From: a virus
Virus record (IMG/VR): IMGVR_UViG_3300027852_000049
Span: 1 to 50,548 of that record
DNA length: 50,548 nucleotides
Direction: 5' to 3' (one strand)
Each line of letters starts with the position of its first letter. Within the stretch, counting starts at the first letter, position 1. The position numbers were made by a program, and so were the translations under genes. Below are positions 1 through 6,852 of this stretch, piece after piece. The notes beneath the pieces are model-generated. The model was not told the origin of the DNA. It searched no databases and worked only from the letters and a program-made list of their open reading frames with translations.

Positions 1-90
1 ATCGCTGGCTGTTGCATCGCTGGCTGTTGCATCGCTGGCTGTTGCATCGCTGGCTGTTGCATCGCTGGCTGTTGCATCGCTGGCTGTTGC
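1..90. repeat. Perfect 15-bp tandem repeat ATCGCTGGCTGTTGC x6 (encodes MQQPA on the minus strand)
   Basis: Six identical units were counted directly at 1-90. The array then degenerates into atgccgccatc. Confidence 0.95.
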
Positions 91-722
91 ATGCCGCCAT
101 CAATCACTTGAGTAGGAGCAACAGGCGTTGTACTCATACCTTGTGGTATATGGGCTGGTGCAGCAGCACCGAAAACAGCAGCACCATCAGGACCTGATGT
201 AATTTCAGGACCGTACCCTACTAACTCTACAAGGCCAAAATTTACAAAAATACCGGGATCGTCAGTGGCACCATTCCCACAAGCATTGCCGTTTATCCGC
301 ACATAGTATCCCCTTTTCAACGTTTCAGGATCTACTATTAAAGAAGCACCACCCGCTGTATAAACTTTTGGTGGGAAACCAGTGCTGAATTTAAAAATGA
401 AACAACCAGCGAACCCTTCTCTGTTTGAGTAAGGAACACCTTTCGCATCAATACCATCACCATCAATATACTTCCAGCTAAAGTTAGGTTGATTGTATTG
501 ACCATTCGGGAATCCTGCTGTAGCTGCCGCTTGAAGCTTGCCTACAAATTCTTGTAGACCCGGATCATTTTTAGCCACTGCGATGGCCATGAAGTATTCG
601 ACACGAGGGTTACCTTGTTTATCGGTAAGCTGTGCACCCTTCTGGTTTTTAGTATTGGGAATGAAAGCAGACCCTTGAACTAATCGACCGACAGGGGTTG
701 TAAATTGAATTTTCTCTGACAT
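1..722 (-). CDS. ssDNA-binding protein, DUF2815 / T7 gp2.5-like (N-terminal OB-fold part; the ORF runs off the window start and resumes at 50333..50548)
   Basis: Hand translation of the minus strand. ATG at 722-720, with AGGAG (revcomp of 729-733) 6 nt upstream, and the frame is open to position 1. Sequence: MSEKIQFTTPVGRLVQGSAFIPNTKNQKG...WKYIDGDGIDAKGVPYSNREGFAGCFIFKFSTGFPPKVY...RGYYVRINGNACGNG...GIFVNFGLVELVGYGPEI. The layout resembles DUF2815/gp2.5-type SSBs, and the gene sits in the nuclease(DUF2800)-SSB-polymerase order. It is absent from the ORF track because no stop lies inside the window on this side. Confidence 0.55.
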   Translation of the reverse strand, partial: MSEKIQFTTPVGRLVQGSAFIPNTKNQKGAQLTDKQGNPRVEYFMAIAVAKNDPGLQEFVGKLQAAATAGFPNGQYNQPNFSWKYIDGDGIDAKGVPYSNREGFAGCFIFKFSTGFPPKVYTAGGASLIVDPETLKRGYYVRINGNACGNGATDDPGIFVNFGLVELVGYGPEITSGPDGAAVFGAAAPAHIPQGMSTTPVAPTQVIDGGMQQPAMQQPAMQQPAMQQPAMQQPAMQQPA

Positions 723-725
723 GTG

Positions 726-1838
726 TTACTCCTGATTAAAAATTAATTTTGCCCTACTTCCATCATCTCTCACGAGTTTCATGGAAGTGGGTTGTTTACC
801 ATGATACGGCTTAATGACGCTTCCGTCAATAGCGTTTTTCTTTAATAAAGTTTTAGCTTGAGTAGGGGTGATTACATCTGTCTTGGTTAAGTCTACACCC
901 ATTAAACTACCTAATGCCACGACCTCTTCTTTCGGTTTCAACCATTTATCGCGTGAGTATCCTTGCACCACATCAAAACCCGGAATAGGTTTGCCTGACC
1001 GCATGCGTGACAGTGCATCAATTTCCAAAGCTTCTTTCCGATTTTTAACAGCTTCCTCAGCCAACTCAAGAATCTCTAACTCATAACCTAAAGCATTGTT
1101 ACTAACAATTTGTGGTAATGGTGACATTATGTACTCGAACGCTTTAGCAGCAGCTTCTCTCGCAGCCGGACACACGTGTCTGCCCGGACAGTACGTGCAA
1201 TGTCTGCCTGATGAAACAGGTGCTGTATTGGAATCGCTGGCAGCACAAGCGGTTGCCATTTCACCTATGTAATCACGAATGCCACCAAACGTTGTGTTCC
1301 ATGTTCTAACAAGACCGTTACCGTCATAACATCTTGGTTGTACGATATTGAGAACGATCTTTGTGGCCAACAAGAATGGTTTACCCAATGCGTTAAGTAC
1401 ACCTAAAGCATATGCCATTAATTGATAATTCTCGAACGCAACAACGGATCCATGACCATATTTAAAATCCCACACATGAACGACATCTAACGCCTCGTCG
1501 TACCAAAATGCGTCAGGTGTACCCCAACAGTCAGTATGAATTTGTGGCATGGACACCCTTGTTTCTATGGACGCATTAGTTGTTACTGATCTGACCACAT
1601 CAACGTACTGATGCGCGGCCTCAATCATCTCATCAGTGACTATTACACCGTTGGGCGTCAAGTCATCAACACCGACAGGTCTACCAAAGAATAAGCACTC
1701 ACCAACCCAATGAGCAGCTGTGCCTTCTTTTGATGACTCAGTTTCCTCCTCCTCAATACCGTGAATCATGGTACGTCTACCGTGACAATTCACGGTAGGG
1801 TACATACCTGATGGTGCGTATTTAGCATGAGCCGTCAT
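726..1838 (-). CDS. PD-(D/E)XK exonuclease, DUF2800 / Cas4-like with C-terminal Cys cluster
   Basis: MTAHAKYAPSGMYPTVNC is a DUF2800-type N-terminus. VHVWDFKYGHGSVVAFENYQLMAYALGV is the D-x-K core. GRHCTYCPGRHVCPAA matches the Cas4-like C-x2-C-x5-C motif. I placed the start at the ATG at 1838, which overlaps the upstream stop as TAATG. The ORF-track start at 1871 is probably an over-extension. Confidence 0.8.
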   Translation of the reverse strand: MTAHAKYAPSGMYPTVNCHGRRTMIHGIEEEETESSKEGTAAHWVGECLFFGRPVGVDDLTPNGVIVTDEMIEAAHQYVDVVRSVTTNASIETRVSMPQIHTDCWGTPDAFWYDEALDVVHVWDFKYGHGSVVAFENYQLMAYALGVLNALGKPFLLATKIVLNIVQPRCYDGNGLVRTWNTTFGGIRDYIGEMATACAASDSNTAPVSSGRHCTYCPGRHVCPAAREAAAKAFEYIMSPLPQIVSNNALGYELEILELAEEAVKNRKEALEIDALSRMRSGKPIPGFDVVQGYSRDKWLKPKEEVVALGSLMGVDLTKTDVITPTQAKTLLKKNAIDGSVIKPYHGKQPTSMKLVRDDGSRAKLIFNQE

Positions 1839-2551
1839 TATGCACCCATGTGGTCTAATACAACATCCCAAAGGTCAGGGCGATTGTTCAACATAGGTAT
1901 CGCCTTGATGCTGTTAGCATTCAATAATGCCTGACAGCGAGGTTGATCAAATTCATTATCACGAACTTGCTTATTTAACCGGGCAAGAAACTGTTCCCAT
2001 GTCACCCCAGCAAGTGATGCCTGTGCTGAAGGAATCATGGGTTGCACTTCAGGTTGTTGCACTTCCGGTGGTATAACAGCTGGTTCAGCAAACGCAGCAA
2101 CACCTTCAGTAACATCTTCACTTTGGGTAACTTCTGGTACTTTAGTTGTTTCAAAACGAACCTGTTCAACCAATTCTTTAGCTACACCCTTTTTCAGCTT
2201 CCAACTACCGTCGTTATTCTGAGTCTTACCTGATGAATGGATACGTTTGTCCCAAGGGAAACCAGACGTATCAAGAGTTACATCAGCCTTACGTTCGTTC
2301 TTATACCATTCAGCAGCACCGCCTGAAGGCACATGATCAGGAACATCAACCCCATTGAACTGTCGTTTGACAGGCTTTTCATCAGGCACCATTACGATAG
2401 GGTCAGGTTCCGACATTTCGTTATGAGTCGGTGCTGGCATCTCACCGACAGCTTGTGATGTCGGTGAAGTATGTAAGCTGTCAATGAGATGTCTAGCACT
2501 TACAATATCTTCGTCATTAGTGGGGTCAAACTGTATATTTATTTTTAACAT
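1838..2551 (-). CDS. hypothetical protein, first gene of the leftward operon
   Basis: 237-aa ORF with ATG at 2551-2549 and an AAGGAA Shine-Dalgarno sequence (revcomp of about 2557-2565). It has Pro/Glu/Val-rich low-complexity stretches and the motif LDTSGFPWDKRIHSSGKTQNNDGSWKLKKG. No family assignment is possible from memory. Confidence 0.6.
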   Translation of the reverse strand: MLKINIQFDPTNDEDIVSARHLIDSLHTSPTSQAVGEMPAPTHNEMSEPDPIVMVPDEKPVKRQFNGVDVPDHVPSGGAAEWYKNERKADVTLDTSGFPWDKRIHSSGKTQNNDGSWKLKKGVAKELVEQVRFETTKVPEVTQSEDVTEGVAAFAEPAVIPPEVQQPEVQPMIPSAQASLAGVTWEQFLARLNKQVRDNEFDQPRCQALLNANSIKAIPMLNNRPDLWDVVLDHMGA

Positions 2552-2567
2552 TTTTGTTTCCTTTCTA

Positions 2568-2597
2568 TTGCGTGAAGTTGCATAGTAGTCCTATAAT
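2568..2597 (+). promoter_or_regulatory. candidate sigma70-type promoter for the rightward unit
   Basis: TTGCGT (2568-2573), 18-nt spacer, TATAAT (2592-2597). The first downstream ATG is at 2632. Confidence 0.4.
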
Positions 2598-2611
2598 GAC
2601 GGACGTGTCAA
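2582..2611 (-). promoter_or_regulatory. candidate sigma70-type promoter for the leftward replication operon
   Basis: On the minus strand: TTGACA (2611-2606), 18-nt spacer, TACTAT (2587-2582). The ATG of the first leftward gene is at 2551. This element interleaves with the rightward promoter. Confidence 0.4.
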
Positions 2612-2631
2612 TAACGAAATGGAAATAATTT

Positions 2632-2793
2632 ATGAAAGGTCTATCAGAAATTCACGTAGTACCATCAAACGAAATATATGATCACGTAGCGTCTGATAAT
2701 TGTTTATGTGAACCTCGTAATGTAGGTAACATATGGTTCCATAAACCGATGGATATCGTGATGGAGGAATGCAATGACGCTATCCCTTCGTGA
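2632..2793 (+). CDS. small hypothetical protein (53 aa), below the ORF-track length cut-off
   Basis: Hand translation: MKGLSEIHVVPSNEIYDHVASDNCLCEPRNVGNIWFHKPMDIVMEECNDAIPS, stop TGA at 2791-2793. It overlaps the helicase start by 20 nt. The H..P...H....C-x-C-x-P pattern resembles small phage proteins I recall. The SD is weak. Confidence 0.4.
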   Translation: MKGLSEIHVVPSNEIYDHVASDNCLCEPRNVGNIWFHKPMDIVMEECNDAIPS

Positions 2794-4471
2794 TTATCAA
2801 CAGTCAGCTAAAGACTCTATATTGCATGACTGGATAAATAATCGCAATGTGATGGCGGTGCTACCTACCGGTGCCGGTAAAACCGTATTGTTCGGATCAA
2901 TCATTAATGATCACAAAGGTGCTGTGTGTGCAATTGCCCATAGACAAGAGCTCGTGGGTCAGATAAGTATGGCGTTAGCCCGGTATGGTGTGAGGCATAA
3001 AATTATAGGACCCACCAGTACAGTAAGATCCATCATCGCAGAACATCATCTTGAATTAGGTGCGTCATTTTACGACCCTAATTCAAACGTATCAGTAGCA
3101 GGGGTAGACACATTAGTACGACGTACCAGTCAGTTATCCCATTATTTAAAACAGGTCACGTTGTGGGTGATTGATGAGGCTCATCACGTCCTTGATGGCA
3201 ATAAATGGGGTAAAGCTGTCAACATGTTCCCTAACGCAAGAGGGCTGGGTGTGACTGCTACACCATCAAGAGCTGATGGTCGTGGCCTTGGTCGTCACAC
3301 TGATGGAGTGATGGACTCAATGATTGAAGGCCCTTCAATGAGGGAGCTGATTGATCGAGGATTCCTATGTGATTATAGAATTTTCGCACCACCTTCAGAC
3401 CTCGACATGTCATCAGTCACTGTTAGTGATCGGACCGGTGAATATAATGCTAAAAAATTAAAAAAAGCTGTTCAGAAATCTCACCTTGTGGGGGATGTCG
3501 TACAGCATTATTTAAGAATAGCGAGTGGTAAACAAGGGGTCACTTTTGCGACCGACGTTGAGACTGCCACTGATATCAGTAAACAATTCAATGACAACGG
3601 TGTTAAAGCAGAAGTGGTTAGTGCTAAAACACCTGATAGGATTCGTAACGAAATTATCAGACGATTCCGAAGAAAAGAACTTCAACAGTTAGTGAACGTG
3701 GATCTGTTCGGTGAAGGGTTTGATTTACCAGCAATAGAAGTTGTCAGCATGGCACGGCCTACACAATCCTACGGGTTATACATTCAGCAGTTTGGTAGAG
3801 CACTGCGGTTATGTGATGGTAAAGAATACGGAATTATCATCGATCACGCGGGTAATGTAGTAAGGCACGGGTTACCTGACAAACCTAGAGTTTGGTCACT
3901 TGACGCACGTGAGAAACGACCAAAACTTAAGAACCCTGAAGACGATATTCCTCTGCGATATTGCGTTGAATGCACCCAGCCTTATGAGCGCATAATAGCG
4001 AGATGTCCTTACTGTGGGCATTACCCTATACCGGCCGGCAGGGATAAACCTGAGTATGTAGACGGTGATCTAACTGAGATGTCACCTGATTTATTAGCTG
4101 AAATGAGAGGTGAAATAGCAAGGATTCAACAACCACCTGAGTATGTAGCAAACAGACTTGAACAGGCAGGGGCACCACTGGCGGCATCAAGAGGTGCATA
4201 CAGTAACCACAAGAAACGACAAGAAGCTCAAGCAGAATTAAGTGACTCGATTGCATGGTGGGCAGGTTATCAAAAGCATGCAGGGCGTACTGACAGCGAA
4301 AGTTATCGGTTGTTTTATCATTTATTTGGAATGGATGTGTTAACAGCACAAGCACTTGGAAGGCCCGACGCAATAACGCTGAAGGGTAAATTGGATGGTC
4401 ATATAGGAGAATTACATGCCAGAACATTACAACAACCATTACACACGACGCTTGACAGAGGAGGAAATTGA
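2774..4471 (+). CDS. SF2 DEAD/DEAH-box DNA helicase with C-terminal zinc ribbon
   Basis: Motif I VLPTGAGKT, motif II VIDEAHHV, motif III GVTATPSR, motif VI QQFGRALR. The zinc ribbon is CVECTQPYERIIARCPYCGH. Confidence 0.85.
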   Translation: MTLSLRDYQQSAKDSILHDWINNRNVMAVLPTGAGKTVLFGSIINDHKGAVCAIAHRQELVGQISMALARYGVRHKIIGPTSTVRSIIAEHHLELGASFYDPNSNVSVAGVDTLVRRTSQLSHYLKQVTLWVIDEAHHVLDGNKWGKAVNMFPNARGLGVTATPSRADGRGLGRHTDGVMDSMIEGPSMRELIDRGFLCDYRIFAPPSDLDMSSVTVSDRTGEYNAKKLKKAVQKSHLVGDVVQHYLRIASGKQGVTFATDVETATDISKQFNDNGVKAEVVSAKTPDRIRNEIIRRFRRKELQQLVNVDLFGEGFDLPAIEVVSMARPTQSYGLYIQQFGRALRLCDGKEYGIIIDHAGNVVRHGLPDKPRVWSLDAREKRPKLKNPEDDIPLRYCVECTQPYERIIARCPYCGHYPIPAGRDKPEYVDGDLTEMSPDLLAEMRGEIARIQQPPEYVANRLEQAGAPLAASRGAYSNHKKRQEAQAELSDSIAWWAGYQKHAGRTDSESYRLFYHLFGMDVLTAQALGRPDAITLKGKLDGHIGELHARTLQQPLHTTLDRGGN

Positions 4472-4667
4472 GTCAGGTAGACTTGATGTTAAGTTAGACC
4501 CATACAGGGTGTGTGATATTTACAAAACAGGTGGTGGTGCACGTGAGCAGATCGTTAAGAAAGGTTTGCGTTGGACAACCAAAGGTGACAGTGAGCGCAA
4601 AGTGATTATAGAAATCATACAAGCGTGCCGGAGGCGTTTAGAAATGTTAGACGAAGACGGATTATGA
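4416..4667 (+). CDS. hypothetical protein (possibly DUF3310-like)
   Basis: AGGAGA lies 6 nt upstream of the ATG at 4416. The ORF overlaps the helicase 3' end by 56 nt. PEHYNNHY ... IVKKGLRWTTKGDSERKVIIEIIQACRRRLE loosely recalls DUF3310 (HY ... KY..R...K ... helical tail). Confidence 0.5.
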   Translation: MPEHYNNHYTRRLTEEEIESGRLDVKLDPYRVCDIYKTGGGAREQIVKKGLRWTTKGDSERKVIIEIIQACRRRLEMLDEDGL

Positions 4668-4816
4668 AATGTCCACGTTGCGGAAGCATCAATACTTGTG
4701 TAGATGCTAGTAGAAAAAAAGAAGGAACCGTAAAGAGAGTTAGGTGGTGTAACAATTGCGAAACTACCTTTAACACAATAGAGGTATTAGATGAACATAA
4801 AGGAGAAGTAAAATGA
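4664..4816 (+). CDS. NrdR-like zinc-ribbon protein lacking an ATP-cone (50 aa)
   Basis: MKCPRCGSINTCVDASRKKEGTVKRVRWCNNCETTFNTIEV aligns by eye with the NrdR N-terminus (MxCPxC....kViDSR....g..vRRRR.C..C..RFtTfE). The ATG at 4664 overlaps the upstream stop as ATGA. The track start at 4625 is a GTG extension. Confidence 0.6.
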   Translation: MKCPRCGSINTCVDASRKKEGTVKRVRWCNNCETTFNTIEVLDEHKGEVK

Positions 4817-5499
4817 ATGAAGCACATAAAGTGTTAGACCATGGCTTAGTTAGATTAGTTGACAGTATGGGGTCAGATTTATCCATAGTAAGAAATGCTA
4901 GAGTATCGTATGACGCAGCATGGCGAGCGGGGGAGGATAAAGGTGGTGATGCTCGATTAATTAACTACCTTTATAAGAATGGGCACAACACCCCGTTTGA
5001 GGCGGTAACTGTATCCTTTGAGGTGAAAGCACCTATCTTTGTATTCAGACAATGGCACAGGCATAGAACACAATCCTACAACGAGCTGTCAGCAAGGTAT
5101 CGTGAATTACCAGAGGAGTTCTATGTTCCTGAGTTGGATCAAATAACCACGCAGTCTACAGACAATAAACAGATGAAGACTGATGATTTGCACCCACGAG
5201 GGTATGAATTACAATCTTTAATTAGGAGGCAGAATGAAGCATCTTTTGCAACATACAAAAACCTACTCCATACAGGTTGCCCAAGAGAGCTGGCGAGATC
5301 GGTCCTACCTGTAGGGACGTATTCCCATATGTTTGCTACAGCCAACTTAAACAACTGGTTTAAGTTCTTGGGTGAGCGACTACATCCTCACGCCCAGTAT
5401 GAGATCAGGGTATATGCAGAGGTTATATTGAATGAGTTAGAAAAAATAGCACCCATATCAGTTGGTGTATTCAAATCATCAAACGGAGAATTAAAATGA
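4813..5499 (+). CDS. thyX: flavin-dependent thymidylate synthase ThyX
   Basis: The ThyX signature RHRTQSYNELSARY (RHRxxSxxxxSxR) is present. Size is 228 aa. ATGA overlap with the upstream gene. Confidence 0.9.
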   Translation: MNEAHKVLDHGLVRLVDSMGSDLSIVRNARVSYDAAWRAGEDKGGDARLINYLYKNGHNTPFEAVTVSFEVKAPIFVFRQWHRHRTQSYNELSARYRELPEEFYVPELDQITTQSTDNKQMKTDDLHPRGYELQSLIRRQNEASFATYKNLLHTGCPRELARSVLPVGTYSHMFATANLNNWFKFLGERLHPHAQYEIRVYAEVILNELEKIAPISVGVFKSSNGELK

Positions 5500-5864
5500 A
5501 AACAGTTATAGAACAACACGCTAAATTAGTTTCTGATCTGGCCAAACCGGGTTGTGATATTAAGAATGAAATGACCTCTGACATGGCCCACGAACTTCAC
5601 ATGGCTGTAGGTGTCAGTGGTGAGGCTGGTGAGCTGTTAGATGCTATCAAGAAACATGTAATCTATGGTAAGGATCTTGACGTAAATAATGTTGTGGAAG
5701 AGTTGGGTGATATCGAATTTTATTTAGAAGGTTTGCGTAAATCAATAGGTATCACCCGCAACGAAACCCTCAACGCTAACATTTCCAAATTAAGAAAACG
5801 ATATGAATCAGGATCGTTTAGTAATGACCAAGCTGTTGAAAGGAAGGATAAACAGGATGGATGA
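5496..5864 (+). CDS. mazG: MazG-like nucleoside triphosphate pyrophosphohydrolase
   Basis: GEAGELLDAIKKHV ... VEELGDIEFYL is the paired EExxE/D-type MazG helix motif. Size is 122 aa. ATGA overlap with thyX. Confidence 0.8.
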   Translation: MKTVIEQHAKLVSDLAKPGCDIKNEMTSDMAHELHMAVGVSGEAGELLDAIKKHVIYGKDLDVNNVVEELGDIEFYLEGLRKSIGITRNETLNANISKLRKRYESGSFSNDQAVERKDKQDG

Positions 5865-6333
5865 TTTATACGTATGGGCTAAGAAGTGGAATATCCCATG
5901 GGAAGCTATCAGGGACTTGCAGAAAGCCATGGGTACATTGCCTGAGATTAATACAACATCTGTTAACCACCCACCCACTAATGAAGCAGAAGCCAGTGCT
6001 CGTATAAGGTTGGATGCTGCTAAAAGTGGTGCTCTGTTGTTTAGAAATAATGTGGGGGCTATGCAAGATGATAACGGTCGTATCGTAAGGTACGGGTTGG
6101 CCAATGAGTCGCGTCAGATGAATGAGAACATCAAGTCATCTGACTTGATTGGTATCCAATCAGTCAACATCACCTCTGGCATGGTTGGTCAAACAATAGG
6201 TCAATTCATAGCTATTGAAATGAAAGCACCCGGTTGGGTTTTCAGTGGAACCCCTCGTGAGGTAGCACAACGGAAATTTATTGAACTGGTCATATCACGA
6301 GGTGGTGCTGGGAAATTTAGTACCGGTAGTTGA
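5857..6333 (+). CDS. VRR-NUC / PD-(D/E)XK family nuclease
   Basis: LLFRNNVGAM ... SSDLIGIQS ... GQFIAIEMKAPG ... AQRKFIELVISRGGAG matches the VRR-NUC pattern (D ... E-x-K ... Q). I chose the ATG at 5857 (MDDLYVW), with AGGAAGGA upstream. It overlaps the mazG stop. Confidence 0.6.
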   Translation: MDDLYVWAKKWNIPWEAIRDLQKAMGTLPEINTTSVNHPPTNEAEASARIRLDAAKSGALLFRNNVGAMQDDNGRIVRYGLANESRQMNENIKSSDLIGIQSVNITSGMVGQTIGQFIAIEMKAPGWVFSGTPREVAQRKFIELVISRGGAGKFSTGS

Positions 6334-6367
6334 CGGCCCCGTCAGTAACAGTTAATATCTCTTTAAA

Positions 6368-6387
6368 TAATTTGGAGAAAAAGATGA
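6368..6387 (+). repeat. 20-bp direct repeat copy 1: TAATTTGGAGAAAAAGATGA (stop + SD + ATG)
   Basis: Identical to 6537-6556. It contains GGAG and the ATG at 6384. Confidence 0.9.
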
Positions 6388-6539
6388 CTTGTTCAGACAT
6401 ATTCAATTGCTGCGACTGTGGGGGTCGAGAATCAGAAGATGATTCATGTGGGTGCCCCTACTGTTGGTCATGCAATGCTTGCGATGAGTGTTTAGATGAC
6501 AATGAAGAAGACTGTCTAAACACTGACTATAACATGTAA
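6384..6539 (+). CDS. Cys-rich acidic miniprotein (51 aa, 11 Cys)
   Basis: MTCSDIFNCCDCGGRESEDDSCGCPYCWSCNACDECLDDNEEDCLNTDYNM. GGAG lies 7 nt upstream of the ATG at 6384. The track start at 6330 is a TTG extension. Confidence 0.55.
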   Translation: MTCSDIFNCCDCGGRESEDDSCGCPYCWSCNACDECLDDNEEDCLNTDYNM

Positions 6540-6556
6540 TTTGGAGAAAAAGATGA
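6537..6556 (+). repeat. 20-bp direct repeat copy 2: TAATTTGGAGAAAAAGATGA
   Basis: Identical to 6368-6387. It contains the stop of the Cys-rich ORF, GGAG and the ATG at 6553. Confidence 0.9.
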
Positions 6557-6852
6557 GTAGAATGAACCCTGTTGACCGTAAGCGGTTGATAATAAAAGCA
6601 GCAGTGGATGTGTCCGAACGCGACGGTTTTAACAATGTGCGTCGTGAAGACATAGCTAAAGCTGCCGGTGTGTCGGAGGGTCTGGTGTCGCAATACCTTG
6701 GTACGATGAAGAGTCTTAAAAGGACTGTCATGAGGCATGCTGTGAAGGAAGAACGACTGTCGATCATTGCTCAAGGATTAATTAATAAAGATCCTTATGC
6801 TATGAAGGCACCGGTGGCGGTTAAAGAAGCGGCAACTCGGTCGCTAATGTGA
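6553..6852 (+). CDS. short TetR-family HTH DNA-binding protein (99 aa, no ligand-binding domain)
   Basis: RKRLIIKAAVDVSERDGFNNVRREDIAKAAGVSEGLVSQYLGTMKSL matches the TetR_N consensus (il.aA..lf.e.G...vt..dIAkaAGVS.G.ly.YF.sKe.L). Confidence 0.7.
   Translation: MSRMNPVDRKRLIIKAAVDVSERDGFNNVRREDIAKAAGVSEGLVSQYLGTMKSLKRTVMRHAVKEERLSIIAQGLINKDPYAMKAPVAVKEAATRSLM

Noticed and set aside
1-90. Tandem arrays (15-bp at both window ends, ATCTCT at 13103-13168) considered as CRISPR arrays
   Set aside because: The units are directly adjacent with no spacers and are far shorter than CRISPR repeats. No cas genes are present beyond a Cas4-like nuclease fold that belongs to the replication module.
12-197. 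Plus-strand ORF encoding HRWLL repeats
   Set aside because: It is the antisense reading of the 15-bp array. The minus-strand reading continues into a long, SSB-like protein with a good SD, so the plus-strand frame is an artefact of the repeat.
4026-4439. 137-aa minus-strand ORF inside the helicase gene. Similar antisense ORFs occur at 6403..6774, 6516..6767, 12601..12933, 13411..13695, 14050..14406, 29898..30269, 34704..35039 and 39182..39589.
   Set aside because: All lie antisense to long genes with recognisable motifs or a strong operon context. They lack SD sequences and have skewed composition.
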